In this document: in pieces, positions 1 through 16,647 of the stretch
How positions within the stretch are numbered: position 1 is the first letter of the stretch
Layout: every line of letters starts with the position of its first letter
Source of the DNA: Octopus sinensis
Taxonomy: Eukaryota
DNA length: 64,000 nt
Reading direction: 5' to 3'
NCBI RefSeq assembly: GCF_006345805.1
Contig: NC_042998.1
Location: forward strand, 138,074,001-138,138,000
The notes under the pieces: generated by a model
Databases searched by the model: none
What the model was told of the DNA's origin: nothing
Seen by the model: only the letters and a program-made list of their open reading frames with translations
Position numbers and translations under genes: made by a program

Positions 1-199
1 TATGTGTGTGTGTATGTGCTGCTGCAACTTGTCTATCTTACTCTCTCCGTCACTCTGTACGTGGACCGTCCCTTCTGTTTATGCTACTTTGTGTGAGCGT
101 GCGCTAACGCGTGCGTGTATGGGAGTGTGCGCGCATGGGAGTGTTCGTACATGCGAGAGTGCGTGCATGGGAATATGCGCGCCTGTGTATTTCTGTTTA

Positions 200-3085
<2,886 letters not shown>

Positions 3086-3602
3086 AACAGATAGATAGAG
3101 GGATAGAGATACACAGAGTGAGAGAGTGTGTAACAGAGAGAAAAGTGAGAAAATTCTAACGAAAGAGATGGAAAGAAAAAGGTAGAGAAGCATAACATAA
3201 GTAAAAGAGAGTCACATGCATGCTTACAGTGATGCACATACACATATAGGTAGGTAGTTAGCTAGCTAGCTAGAAAGATAGATAGATAGAGTGCTTGAAG
3301 GTAGTAAATAAGGTTGCCCTCAGAGTTGCTAATGTTATATTCGTTATATTCATATTAATTTTTGTTTTTGACAAAAATTGCCAACTTGCAAAATTGACTG
3401 CTGCTATTGCTGCTACTGCCACCACCACCACTACTACCACAAGCTGTCAAAGATCAGTAATGCGATTTATCACGTCAAGGCATTTGAAACGCCAGCAGTG
3501 CAAATGAAGAGAGCTTGTCATCAGGAATAATACAGCGGAAGATGTAAAAACTCTCGAAGGTTTGGGTGTTTATGGAGTATACGAAAAGGATACGGCATGC
3601 TG

Positions 3603-3636
<34 letters not shown>

Positions 3637-5799
3637 ACTGGAGTGATAGATATAGATTGTGGAGTGAAGATGTTAGGTATTCGGCGACTGTTGAATGTGG
3701 CCGCTTCAATATAGAAATCTTTGAGATAACAGGTAGCAAAGAATACATGTATAACGATTTCCTTTTAATTCAGGATAAAAAAGAGTGTTTGGATTGGAGA
3801 GGAACTACAGGTAACTGAATTTAATCCTGTTTATTATAGGTATGCATTGTCCAAATTTCAGTCAATTAAATCCTTGGAATTAGAAATAACGCTAATTTTA
3901 CCAGAGCAGGAGACACAGCTGACTAAACTGATTCCAGTATATTTTTTGACTGATTCTAATGACTTAAAGGCAAAGGTTTAAAGGCAAAGTTGATTCCATG
4001 GTATTTGATCATGGAAGCGAAAATGTTAAGAAGAAATATAGTAATACATTTACTAAGTAAATGTATTACTCTTTAGCTAGTATTATTGTTTATTTTTAAC
4101 GAAATTAATAATCCTTTCTCCTACAGGCACAACGCTTGACATTTTATGGGAGGAAGCTTGTCAGTTACGTCGATCCCAGTACTCGACTGGTTCTTATTTT
4201 ATCGACCTCAAAAGATAAAAGGTAAAGGAATTTCAACTCAGAACGTAAAGACAGATAAAATACTACTTAAGGTTAATAGTTATTTCTGATTTAGGTGCAA
4301 TTTTAAAGAGTAAGGGTTAGTAGATCTCATCGACTCTTGTACTATATTTTATCGACCCCGGAAGAATAGAAGGCAAAGTTGACTGCGGCGGAATTTGAAC
4401 TCTGAACGTAAAGTGTAGGAAACAATAGTGCAAGGTATTTTGTCCGATGTGCTAACGATCCTGCCTGATTGCCGCCTTGCATAAGGTCAGTAATGGTTTC
4501 TAATCTGTGTACAAGACCAGCAATTTTGAGGGGAGTACTTCATTTGTACTTTATTTTATCTATACCGGACTTCAGTACTTGGCTTGTACTTTATTTTATC
4601 TATCCTGGAAGAATGAAAAGCAAAATTAATCTTCTCTGAATGTATAGAGTCAGATGAAAAACGGTAAGACATGTCCGGCGTTCTAAACGGTTCTGCCAGC
4701 TCGTCAAACCTCACATAAGGTCAATGATTTAGGGCTAAGATACCAACCCATAGGATAATCAGGAGAGCCAGTGACTTTCATGTCGTTTCGAGGAGTATTA
4801 GACAGAAAATAATATCACAACCGAAGATCAAAACCGATTGCAGACTTATTGTGACTAAAACTAATTTTAATTTATGCTTTCGCTATTACTTCCACATTAT
4901 CACAACCATTATCGTCAATGTTATTATGGCAGGCGAGCTGGCAGAGTTGTGAGAGCTTCGGAAAAAATTCCTTGAGGTATTTGTTCTAACAATGCCAATA
5001 GATATCATTATTACTGTCTCTAAGGTGGCGAGAATCGTTAGTACGTCGAAGCACTGGGTGGGGGGCGATGTAATCGACTAGCCCCCACATTTCAGGCCTT
5101 GTACCTAAATTACAAACAACTATAACTTTCTCCAATAAAGAGGAACATATAAATTAATTAAAAAAACAAAACAAAAATTTTCTTTTTGCTGCATAGGCAT
5201 CCAGTACGTCACTTCTTTAACTGAATTAGTAAGGCATTGTTCCCTGCCAAAAGAAACCCCAAAAGAAACCTAAGTTTAGGAATATACAAGGTGTAAATAA
5301 ACGCAAACAAATAAATACTGGATAGATTTACTACAGTAAAATCACATACACTTACACACACCGTACACGTATTATTTGTCTTGTTTGTGGCTGAAGTTTA
5401 AACAAAACCAACAAAGCGACTTATAGCTTATGTGGCTTTGGAGAAAAGTGTTGGTCGGTTGGAAATCTCTTCTGAAATAGCAACTTCCAGTGTATACGTG
5501 ACCTCACACTATTTGAGAATATAAAACAGGTGTGTCCTTTGAGACATGGACGTTAAGAATTACAAGAGAAGACGTCAACACCAAACGGAACGCTATTGTT
5601 TCCAGTGAATTATTTAGCATTTTTTGAAGAACTTGCGTCTATCTTTCATAGTTGTTATCAGTGTCCAGGAGAAAAGTTGAACCAATTTCCCCAGAGGATC
5701 ATTGTTATTGTTGTTGCTGGTGCCACTTTTTTGTTGTAGTCTATATTGTTGTTTATTTTGCTGCTGTTGATGCAGTACACGGATTAATGATGGTTTAGT

Positions 5800-6290
5800 T
5801 AGTCCTTCCTACTCATTTTTAAACACCGTTCAGCATTTTCCCTCCATTGCTCTCGATTAGCTGCGTGCTCATCTGTAATTTTAAAGTGTTTATTGACAGC
5901 CTTCAGGTCTTCCTAAAAGGTGTGATACCATACAGCTCACGGTCTTCCCTATCTTCCCCTTCATCATGTTGGTGCCCATATAAATGCTGTTTTTTTTTTG
6001 CACACCTATGACCTGACAGCAGTAGGACATGACTTGTCAATTGACTCTTCGTTTCGATGATGTATATCAGGCTCTTCGCGAAGACACCCTCCTTGAGGCA
6101 TCTTTGTTTCTGATATGATGATGACACGAAATTCCCAGGATTTTTCTGAAGCATCTTTGGTGAAAGACATCAAAGTTTTAGTTGATTTTACGCAGTTTTT
6201 TCTCCATATTTTATCTTCATGCGGCACCATTGATAGTACAATGGTATTGTGCAGGCTGAACATAGTGTTGGTATTCAATATATTTAGGGA
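5800..6290 (-). mobile_element. RTE-clade LINE 3' fragment (decayed)
   Basis: Manual minus-strand translation gives DVFHQRCFRKILGIS..HIRN and AFIWAP..RGR*GRP..WYHTF*EDLKAVN, matching the post-RT C-terminus of RTE LINEs, with stops and frameshifts. Confidence 0.75.
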
Positions 6291-9126
6291 TAAAACTGTA
6301 TATTTGTTGAAATACTGCTTCGAGATTTTGTATTAATCATGATAACACTATTTTGATAAGAAATTATTGTGTAAAAACTATTTCAATATAATAAAAGATT
6401 TGTTAAAAAGAAGCACTTTTGAAGTAAAATATATTCTTCAAACTATTCTCTATTTTAACAGATGGTATATTGGTGTGCAACAACAACTGCAAGAACAAGA
6501 TCTAGAATAACAATATCATTCCGGGAATTGACCCCACATTCATTATGATCCTGAGTCAAACACCATAATCACTTCACACAAGAAATCTATTTAAGACTGT
6601 ATCCGATCTTTTACACAAATGTGTTAATGGAAACAAAAAATGTTGATACAACTATTATTTTACCCTAGACTTTGATTTGTGAAGAGTAAGTTAAATGGCA
6701 ACATTTTTTCTCTCCCTGTATTTTAAGATATATATATTTATTGCAGACATATTCAAATGTGTTTAAACAAATACAGGCATATACGGACATAGGCAATAAA
6801 TTATGTTCTATAAAAAAACTTGATTTAGTTTTTAATTTAAGCACAGAGCAAGCAGTTTTGAAGGGAGAGGTCTGTCGATATTATCGGCCACAGTTCTCGC
6901 TTAATATCCCGAAAGGATGAAAAGCGAAGTTGATCCCAACGGGATAATGAATTGAAGTTACAAAGTGTAAATGGGTTCTGTATCAGTCACAGAAGCGAAA
7001 GGACTTTTGATAAGTAATTAGTTATATCTTCATAAGAATTGGAGTGTTATTAAGTCAAGGCATTTAATAGTACTTGTCTTGATTTGGTAAGGGCATCGTC
7101 TTCAATAAAAACAATTTCTGCATCATTAATGTCACATGAAAAGTGACCCATGACGTTAAACTAATTCAGTATTGAAGATTTGTTTATTACGTATCTCCAT
7201 GTCCGGTCCGAGCCTTCTTTTCAGATGACACACTTGTAGAATGCAATATCTCCAGCCTCATTAGTATAATTAATAAATCCCTATACCTAAACAATTGGGA
7301 CTTATAACGGTTTTTTGAGTCGTTCTCAAAATTATGATAGTTGAAAGCAAACAAACTATATTTAAACAGCATTTTAGCTGTACTAGATAATGATTGTACA
7401 TTGGGTCATGGGATGGGTGCGCAGACAATGAAATTGATACCAATAATTTAAGGAGTATTTACTTTACTGAACACAGAAAGATAAAAATTCAAATTCGAAC
7501 CCGGTGAGAAAAATTCAGTGAGAAATTCAGTAATAAATACAGTGAGAAAAAGGCTTAAAGCTAGACTTCTTATTCACCGCTCTACCAATTCTGCCTCTTG
7601 GTTGCCGTCATGCACTATATATATTCTAATCATTTTATGATATTTACGATTAGAAGGTAGTATTTGGAATAATGTCTTACAGTTTTAACTGGGGGCATAC
7701 CCTGACCAGATTTCTGTGGTGCGCTTTTTTCTGTATTTTTCTCCGTTATGTATTCCAGCTCAAAGGCTATGGCCATACTGGGAAACCCGCATTTAAATAC
7801 ATTTCTGCCTTGTTGGGTTTTGCCAGTAGCAAGTGCCCACAGACAACTGCATGGTAAGGTAAAATTCGTTGCTACTGATATAGGAAAATAGGGATTGAAA
7901 AATCACTGATGATGCAATTAACCGCCCTGCTGAATAAAAATTCCTTATATGCAACAGAAGCAATATTAAATTAAAATATTCATCTGTGATTCATTCTTAA
8001 CACAGAAACATCGTGAAAGGCAATTAACTGCGGTATTCGTTCGGAGATACGCATTATGTACAGATAGTGTTTTAAAAAGCAAAACTATATCAATAACAGA
8101 CGAAAGTAATTCAGCAATGGCTGGGAGACTGCTACATATACATTCCTGCTGGGTTGGGCTTTGTCAGTAGCATGTACCCATTGCCAGCTGCTATATAGGA
8201 TACGACACATTCAGAATCTCACTATGAGAGAAAATACTTTACATAATTAGATATGTGAATGCTAACGAGTATTAATTACTTTAATGTTTCACTGCATTCA
8301 CTTTACATGTTGCTGCATCATATATATCACAAACAATAATTTACAAAATTTAATAATTACACGCTTGTGATTAATAATCGTGCTAATTTTTCTGAACTGA
8401 TATGAACATTCATTCATTGATATATATTTCCAGTGCACTTTTCATATTTGTCGTCTGTAAGTATTGATCTAATTTCATCGCCACCCTTCTTGCCAGCATG
8501 CTGAGGGATACATTGGCGTTGTGAACTAAAGATTTGTTTAACAAGAAGCTCACTTGCCAAAGTTTCGAAGCCATAAATAAGTGGAAAAAAATAGCAATTT
8601 CACAAAGAGGATCGTCAGTAAAAATGGGGTATTAGCGAGCTAAGAGAGTCTAGAAACCATGCACTCAATACATTTGGTAGGATTTACAATTATTTTTAAT
8701 AACCGTTTGACTTAAAGTTTTGTGCGCGAGCAGGATGCTTTCATATCAGATGCTAGGAACAAAGTGATGTGGAGATGAGTTAAGCTTCTATTAATATATT
8801 ATATATAGATATATTTCATCCTTTCGATAAAATAAGTATCAGTTGAGTACTGGGGTGGATGTAATCGACTTATCCTATCCCCAAACTTTCTGGCATTGTA
8901 CCAAAGTTTAAAACCAAAACTGACATACGCACACACGCACACACACCTTACAATCGACCAGTGAGAATGAGTGCTCAACACCGCATAGGTGGATAAAACA
9001 GTCTTTGTTTGTGGGATAACCAGACAAATACTGGCGTCACGTTGAAAGAGATATCTCTCTCAATATGAAACCAATGGTAGTCTGGTTATCTCACGAATAA
9101 TATATATATATACATATATATGGGGG

Positions 9127-9175
<49 letters not shown>

Positions 9176-9260
9176 ATACAAACACACACTTACATACCCG
9201 CTCATATGTACCTGTATGTATTATGTATTAATAATATAAGAAAAAAATGTTTCTACTTAC

Positions 9261-9682
9261 CTGTACGCGTGACTCAGTTAAACCAATTCTGAGAGCCAAT
9301 TCTTCTCGCATAAAAATGTCTGGGTAGTGAGTTTTAGCGAAACTGCGCTCAAGTTCGTTCAACTGGGCAGGCGTGAAACGTGTTCTGTGTCGTTTTTGTT
9401 TGACAGTTTTGTCCAGATCTTGGCCGTTGTTTCCGCCTCCTCCGTTACCATTACCGGTACCGCCATTAAGTGAAGACTGATGCTGTTCTGAACTGGTTCG
9501 TCCATTATTGATGACTGAAGACTTCAGCTGGTTTTCTTCTTTCTCTTTGAGCGGGGCACCACCAAGGAGTTCATGACCCGGATCGCGGATACCTGGAACA
9601 GTAGAGAGTAATTCACACAGGACGGTTGAGGGAACATCCAGTCTTTTACTGGGGTGCTGGTCGATAGAAATACGGCTCACAT
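9261..9682 (-). CDS. Otp: Orthopedia homeobox gene, internal coding exon (N-terminal region, Gly/Asn-rich linker, homeodomain residues 1-46)
   Basis: Translation contains [47 protein letters not shown], the Otp homeodomain as I know it from other bilaterians (homeobox part 9261-9398). Acceptor tttttattgtAG ends at 9683; donor CAG|GTAAGT at 9261/9260 is the classic PRD-class intron between residues 46 and 47. The exon is 422 nt and starts in phase 1. Confidence 0.97.
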
Positions 9683-10934
9683 CTACAATAAAAATGGAAA
9701 TTAAAAAAAAAATGGTTTGTCTGTATATGTGTTTTATTAAGTTAACTATCAGGAAACCAACTCCCAGATGTCATTTTAGATTTATGAATTTCTCCCTTTA
9801 TTTCCCATTAACTATTTGATGTTGTCAGCCAAAACACCAAAGGATGAAAAAAAAAATTATATGAACCAGAACGTAAACTGAAAAGTACAGATAACCATGT
9901 ACTGAGAAGTTATTTATGTTTTACGCTTCAACTAGTATATTTCTAATAGTTTAGTTTTTATTATCTCTAAATGCATGCTTGGCGGCAATCCGGCAAATAT
10001 GCCAGATACAATGTTTGGCGCCTTTCGTCCGTCTTTACCTTCTGATTTCAAATTTCGCCATGGTCGACTTTGCCTCTCATCTTTTTGGAGTCAATGTAGC
10101 CGACTAGCCCAGTGGGTGGGGATGTCAATGTAATCGATTAGCCCACCCGCCGAAAAGTTCACGCCTTGTGCCGTGGTAAAAAGGATTATCTCTTAGTGTA
10201 CATAAAAAGCGTAGTCGTCATTCCTAAGGGCGTATGACATGGCAACATGTGGCATGCTTTCGTCAATTGTTTTAAGTATCTGTGTAGTTACGAGCAAATG
10301 TAGACATCACCGTCAACCCCCACCCCCACATTTAACCAAGCGGAACATTGAAATGTAAAAGGCGGAGGGAGAGAGAACTGAATCAATACTTGGCTGGTTG
10401 GTAGTAATTTTCAGCTGAGAAGACAGAAATCACGTGAAATAAAATGCCTTGTTCAAGAAGACACCGTGCCACCCGGTCCACGAATCGAAGCCACATCCTT
10501 ATGATCGTGAGCCCAATGCACAGACCACGAGGCCATGCTACTTCGCACCCAGTCATATCTATTGGTATACTTTATTTGCAGGTAAATTATACATATTAAT
10601 AGCCTTGCGTAGGTAACGAAATGCATAAACGCCTTATGCTAAAAATTATGTTATATAATGTAGTGTGTATATATATATATATGCATACAATAAAATAGCA
10701 TGTATGTAAGTGTGTGTGTGTGTGTGTTTCTAAATGTTTGTTTACGTGCGTTTAGGGATATGACAAAGTTAAAGAGAATTTACAAAATGATACAAAATTC
10801 AAATATTTAGGGAAATTAATGTTTTACTCTCATTTTCATCTATCATATTTTTTCCTCAAAATTCCACAATTTCTACGGGCATTATTTTCATTATTTACAT
10901 TTGACGGATATTTTACCTCCTCTTGTTTATTGTT

Positions 10935-10980
10935 AACACAACGTTTCGGCTGATATACCGTCCAGCCTTCATCAGGTATT
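10935..10980 (-). ncRNA. Minimal type I hammerhead ribozyme, intact core
   Basis: Minus strand reads AAUAC CUGAUGA A GGCUG gacgguauau CAGCC GAAAC GUU GUGUU. Helix I has 5 bp (one G-U) and helix II 5 bp with one unpaired A after the core. Helix III is reduced to the palindrome AACGUU. The NUH triplet is GUU. Confidence 0.8.
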
Positions 10981-11420
10981 CAAGAGTAATACAACACTTC
11001 GCAAATATCTCCTTCGTGTAAAACCACCAATAGAAGAGAATATGATGAAAGACAGCGTGAACTCCATCCCATGCAGCTGTGGTAGGTTATACAAAGGCAA
11101 AATATGCCGCCCCCTCAAAATAACGGAAGACGAACATCGCAAAGCTGTGACACGAGGAGATATTGATAAATCGGGTATAGCTGATCATTTATGGGTAAAT
11201 GGAGACCACCTTCCCCTGTGGGATGAAGTTAAAATAATAGACAGAAAACACCACTGGAAATACGAAAGCTAAAAGAAGCAGCACATATGCTAGGACACAA
11301 CAACCGCCTAAGCAGACCAAATGCAGATATGAGTAGCATATGAGAACCGGTATCAAGAAGGATAAGAAAATGTTAGATTTATAAGCCCTAAAATTCACTC
11401 CATAATTGCCCACGAGTATC

Positions 11421-11475
11421 TGGCGTAGTAGTTAAGAGCGCAGGCTACTAACCCCAAGATTCCGAGTTCGATTCC
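11421..11475 (+). mobile_element. tRNA-derived (Pol III A/B box) cassette inside the Penelope-like element
   Basis: TGGCGTAGTAGTTAAG (A-box-like) and GAGTTCGATTCC (B-box-like) with tRNA spacing; no complete acceptor stem. Confidence 0.65.
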
Positions 11476-11953
11476 TCAATAATAACTGTAATAATAACAT
11501 CGAAAAATACCTTAGGAATGAGAACCCAGGTTTGAAATTTCCGCAACACACCTGATGAAGGCTGGAGGGTACATCCCCAAGACACCAAACAACAAACAAG
11601 TTGAGGAAAAATATCCGTCAAATGTAAATAATGTATATACTTCCTCAAGTCTTAAATATAGAACTATTTTCTACGGGCATATATAGTATGTTTGAGACAC
11701 ACAGACACATAATAAACAGTTGAAGACAACTGATGCGAAACTTCGAAGTCATTGTAACAGGTTATATATTTATGCATGTATACATATCATTCATACAAAT
11801 ATACATACATACATGCATGCATAAGATCAACAGATGAGACTATGAACATTTTATCTAAAAAATCAGGAGAGTTAAAAATACTGATATTATTATGAAAACA
11901 TGGATAGCATTACAGTGGATTTACTGTATATTCTCAATCACCTTGTATGTACT

Positions 11954-12111
11954 CAGGACCGGCCCTAGGGTTGCTGGCGCCCTGGGCAAGCTGAACTTCG
12001 GCATGTACAAGCTGGAAAATTTCTTGTCTTTGTCTCGCCCTCCTTGGTGCCCCCGTAGTACATAGCACCCCGGGCGACTGCCCGAGTTGCCGGTACCTGG
12101 AGCCGGCCTTG
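11954..12111. mobile_element. 158-bp hAT-type MITE with 8-bp TSD
   Basis: Imperfect TIRs caggaccggccctagg / rc caaggccggctccagg (12/16). The TSD tatgtact lies at 11946-11953 and 12112-12119. An 8-bp TSD with CAGGGCCGGC-like ends is typical of hAT elements. Confidence 0.8.
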
Positions 12112-12722
12112 TATGTACTAGATACAAACGGTTATCGAGAGGTCCATTTAACATGCAAATATATATATCTTTTTACGTTGAAATTTTGATTGGTTTTTAA
12201 TAATGTATTTGCTATTCTATTGTATAGTTTGATACATACATACATACATACATACATACATACATGTATGTATATATAAATATGTATATGTATATATGTG
12301 TGTGTGTGTATTTATTGTTTTACGTAAGAAACAAAATAAAAATGATTGCGGGATATTTTCGATGCTTTTGTAATTATTTTGGTTTACTTTTTTTAATAGA
12401 CGGTGGGAGTTGTGGTTGGTTTCACTACAAAATAGAGAGAACTTTTATAATGGCTGATTGAAAACCATAATAAATTGTAATGAATTCTGTGTAAAATCAT
12501 TGAGAAAAATAAGGAGGATTTTTAAAATATAAAACTATAAATAAATTGGAAAGATCAAGGAAATAAACAAAAATAGTTATAAAATAATGAAAATAATTCA
12601 ATTTTTTTCAAGTGGAAACAGAGAATAAATCAAATGCTATATTGTCCTTAATAAATTATGAGATGTCCAGCGTAACTAATAAATTCTGCTTCTCTCTCTC
12701 AGTTACTCTTTCTCTTCTCTCT

Positions 12723-12819
<97 letters not shown>

Positions 12820-12880
12820 TATATATAAATTATATATATATATAAAATATATATATTTATGTTTGTACATATCTATGTAA

Positions 12881-12913
<33 letters not shown>

Positions 12914-12920
12914 AACACAC

Positions 12921-13400
12921 ACGAGTCTGATCAATAAGTATCCGGACTGTTGCCATAGCAACGAAGCTAAATCACGTAGAGTGAAGCTTCTTGGCAAAGA
13001 TTGACCTTGAGCTCTACTTTGCATGCGCACTAAGTTTTAACGTTCTAGCTCACTTCTGATGTTTACAGCTGTGCTCGGAAGGAAGGTGTATAGCATGTGA
13101 TCGTGGCAGTGACCATGACAGAGAAAGTTGTCATGGAGATACCAGCTCAGAAGCCTACGCAAAGTTGCAGAAAGTGTATAGAGATGAGTGTATGGGCCGC
13201 ACACAAGTGTACGAGTGTTTCGGACGTTTCCAAGAATGTCGAAAAAATGTCGATATTGATCACCGTTATGGAAGACCCGCAACCAGCAGAACTAAGAAAA
13301 ACATTGCAGATGTGCGTGCAGCTGTGAGGGGGAAATTGTCGAACATCATCTGTGAGCTATCAGAGGATATGCAGATTAATTACGGTTCAGTTCAGTCCAT
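12921..13400 (+). mobile_element. Mariner (Tc1/mariner) left end with transposase HTH remnant
   Basis: End sequence acgagtctgatcaataagtatccg. ORF 13165+ reads [64 protein letters not shown], a mariner N-terminal HTH, truncated at (TA)n. Same family as the elements at 60804-62389. Confidence 0.88.
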
Positions 13401-13455
13401 TATATATATATCATATATATTTTACATATATATATATGTATATATATGTGTGTAA

Positions 13456-13503
<48 letters not shown>

Positions 13504-13526
13504 GTTTATGCATATATATATGTATA

Positions 13527-13578
<52 letters not shown>

Positions 13579-13656
13579 TATATATATATGTACATATATA
13601 TATGTATGTATGTATATATGTATATATGTATGTATATATATGTATATATATTTATG

Positions 13657-13703
<47 letters not shown>

Positions 13704-14265
13704 AACGTATAGATATAAACACACACGTATGTACATGTATCTTTCTCTCACTCTCTCTCTCTCTCTACACACACACATACACACACATACTGACATGCAT
13801 ACACACATTTGTACATACATACACATGTATGTATATATGTATGTATCTACATGGACACGTCTTATAACATATGTATGTATTTATAAGAACACGTCTTGCA
13901 AACTGTCCGACATACTCAAAATTGCAGACACGAATTCATCAGCAGGAATTAAATGTGGGGTGATCTGAACTGTTCCTGAGTAATGTGGAAAATCAGAAAT
14001 TCTACGGAATTTCCCAAAATATGCATATCTCATTATTTTATTATCGCAAGTTTATATAACGTTCGAAAACTCAGAACGACTTTCAGTTAGCATTTTATTA
14101 AGTCAACTAGTTTGCAGCACCATGATGTGTTCCAGTCACATCTACTTTAACATTTAACATGGGGACAATTATTTTATGGTGAAATAATCCTGGAGCGAGT
14201 ACATGTTCACATTTGAGTGTATAGCGACATGTTGCGAGTAGGTGCACGCATCTATTGCTTTTTCG

Positions 14266-14305
<40 letters not shown>

Positions 14306-16605
14306 CGCTGAATATGAGTTTGTCAAGCACTTAAAGATATCTGCGTACATGTATGTATGTATGTATGTATGTATGTATGTATGTATGTATGTATGTATGT
14401 ATGTGTGTGCAAAAGATGCACGCGCTTCTGTTTTAAGAAAATTTTAAACGATTTCTAATAAATAACACCATCGTAACTTACCCGAGGGAGTTCATGGGGC
14501 AATATTGTGGCAATAAATATTTCTGCGCACATACGGTAGTACAGACACTGACTCTGAACCACATATACAGCCGTACACCCACCACAGCCACACACACGTG
14601 TACATATACTTGCATATTTATAGATGGAAATTGATCAATGTTGATCTATCTATCTGCATATATATATATATATATATAAAATTAGCAAAATTTTATTCAC
14701 AAACTTATATACATACACATATGTTTGTGTGTATATGTATGTATATATATGAATTAGCAAATTTATTAGTTTCGCTGGACGCCTCATAATTTATTAAGAA
14801 CAACGTGGCGTTCGATTTATCTTCTATTTCTACTTCAAGAAGACTCAATTTGTTTTCTATACATTTTTGTTTATCCCCTATGAATTTCTCAAGTCATTTA
14901 TACTTTTACTATTTTTAAAATTCTCTCTATTTTTCTCTATGAATTCACGTAGAAATTCATTACAATTAATTATAGTTTTCAATCAGCTGGACAAAAATTG
15001 TTCACAATTTTTCTGGTAAAAATCAAACACAACTATTAAACAAATAATACAAAATCGATTAGTAAATTAAAAAATAAATGCTTTCACTGTTTATTTATTC
15101 ATGATAAACGTTAAGTTTGATTCGTTCAAGTCAGTCAATGAGGTTAGTATTTTTTCTTTACCAATGTCGTCGCTCACATTCATATCTGAAAGAGATTGCT
15201 TTCTGTTTTTAGTGTTAGATATTTGAATCTATTCATTTATGGTGTCAATTTTCATAGCATTTAGATTGTCAGTGCATGTTTGCTTTCAAGCATTCACGTA
15301 CAATTTTCCAATATTGATTTAATTCCAACCCTATTCCCACATTCGTCGCTGTCTCTTAATATTTCACACAATAGATGAAAACCAGTTTCTTACATTTGGT
15401 TGGTGGGTTGACGCAATCGATAGCGCAAAGGACAAAATGCCTTGCATAATTTGTAAGTTACTTTTACGTGCTAAGTTCAATTTCAGCCGAAATCAACATT
15501 GCATTTCGCGTTTCAGAGTCGTTAAAATTAGTACAAGCTAAATACTGGAGCTCATTTAATCAACTATTCTCTCCTACTAATTGAAAACCAAGTGTCTAGT
15601 TTAGAAGTCATAAAAGTGGTGGATTAACAGAATATTAAGAGCATCGGACAAAATACCTTGCGGTATTTCTTCCGACTCTTTAGCTTCTGAGTTCAAATCT
15701 TGCCATGGTTAACATTGTCTTTCCTCTTTCCGGTGTCTATGAAATTAAGTATTAGTCAAGTATTTTGGCCACTGATATCGACAAATTCCCTTCCCTCAAA
15801 ATTGCAGGTCTCGTGCCTATATGAGAAAGAATTATAAGATCGGTGGTGGATAGGACGAATAGTTAGATCGTCGAGCAAAAAACCTTGCTTATATACTTTA
15901 TGTGGCCCTTTACGTGTTGATTTCGAATCCCATCAAGGTTAATTCTGCCTTTAATTTTACAGGGTCGATAAAGTAAGTACAATGTAATCGACAAACCATT
16001 ATCTCGAAACTGCTGGCCATGTGCCTAAATTGAAACGATTATATAGCATTAAAGCGGTGAGTTGGCAAAATCACCTGAACATTGGAAAAATGCCTTGCGG
16101 TATTTCGTCCGAATTTTTACGTTATGATTTCAATCCAGTCGAGGTTAACTTTGCCTTTCATCTTTTCAGTATAGATAAAATAAAGTACCACTCAAATACT
16201 GGAGTCGATGTAATCGACTAACTGCCAATTCTCAAAATTGTTAGCCTTGTGCTTTAATCAGAAACCAAAATTATTGGTTTCAAATTTTGGCACAAGTAAT
16301 CCAGCCTGTGAAACTTTATTGGAATGTATTATTGTTATTATTTACTCAGTTATTTAAGCTTATTATTTACCGTTAGTATTATTTTTCTCTACATCATTAT
16401 TTTAAGGAAGGATACCATAATAAACGACACAGTTTGGAAGTTTGCGTAATACAGGCATGTATACATTCTCACTAATGCGCAGAGGCACAGACGCAGGCGC
16501 GAACCTATCATCCACACACGTGAAGGGAGTACATGAGAAAAGAAATAGATACAATGGATTAGAGTGATATAGTAAAATATACTGAAAGCTGAACCTTCGC
16601 TAATA

Positions 16606-16647
<42 letters not shown>

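Larger units (their letters stand above)
10883..11667 (+). mobile_element. Penelope-like element fragment: inverted pLTR, GIY-YIG endonuclease remnant, pLTR with tRNA-like cassette; 13-bp TSD
   Basis: ORF 11042-11272 (SIPCSCGRLYKG..RPL...EHRKAV..GDIDKSGIADHLW...HLPLWDEVKII) resembles the PLE GIY-YIG domain. 10883-10977 is an inverted copy of ~11548-11640. The direct repeat tttctacgggcat lies at 10870-10882 and 11668-11680. Confidence 0.85.

Noticed and set aside
11421-11475. Possible tRNA gene
   Set aside because: No acceptor stem; it is embedded within the TSD-bounded Penelope-like element.
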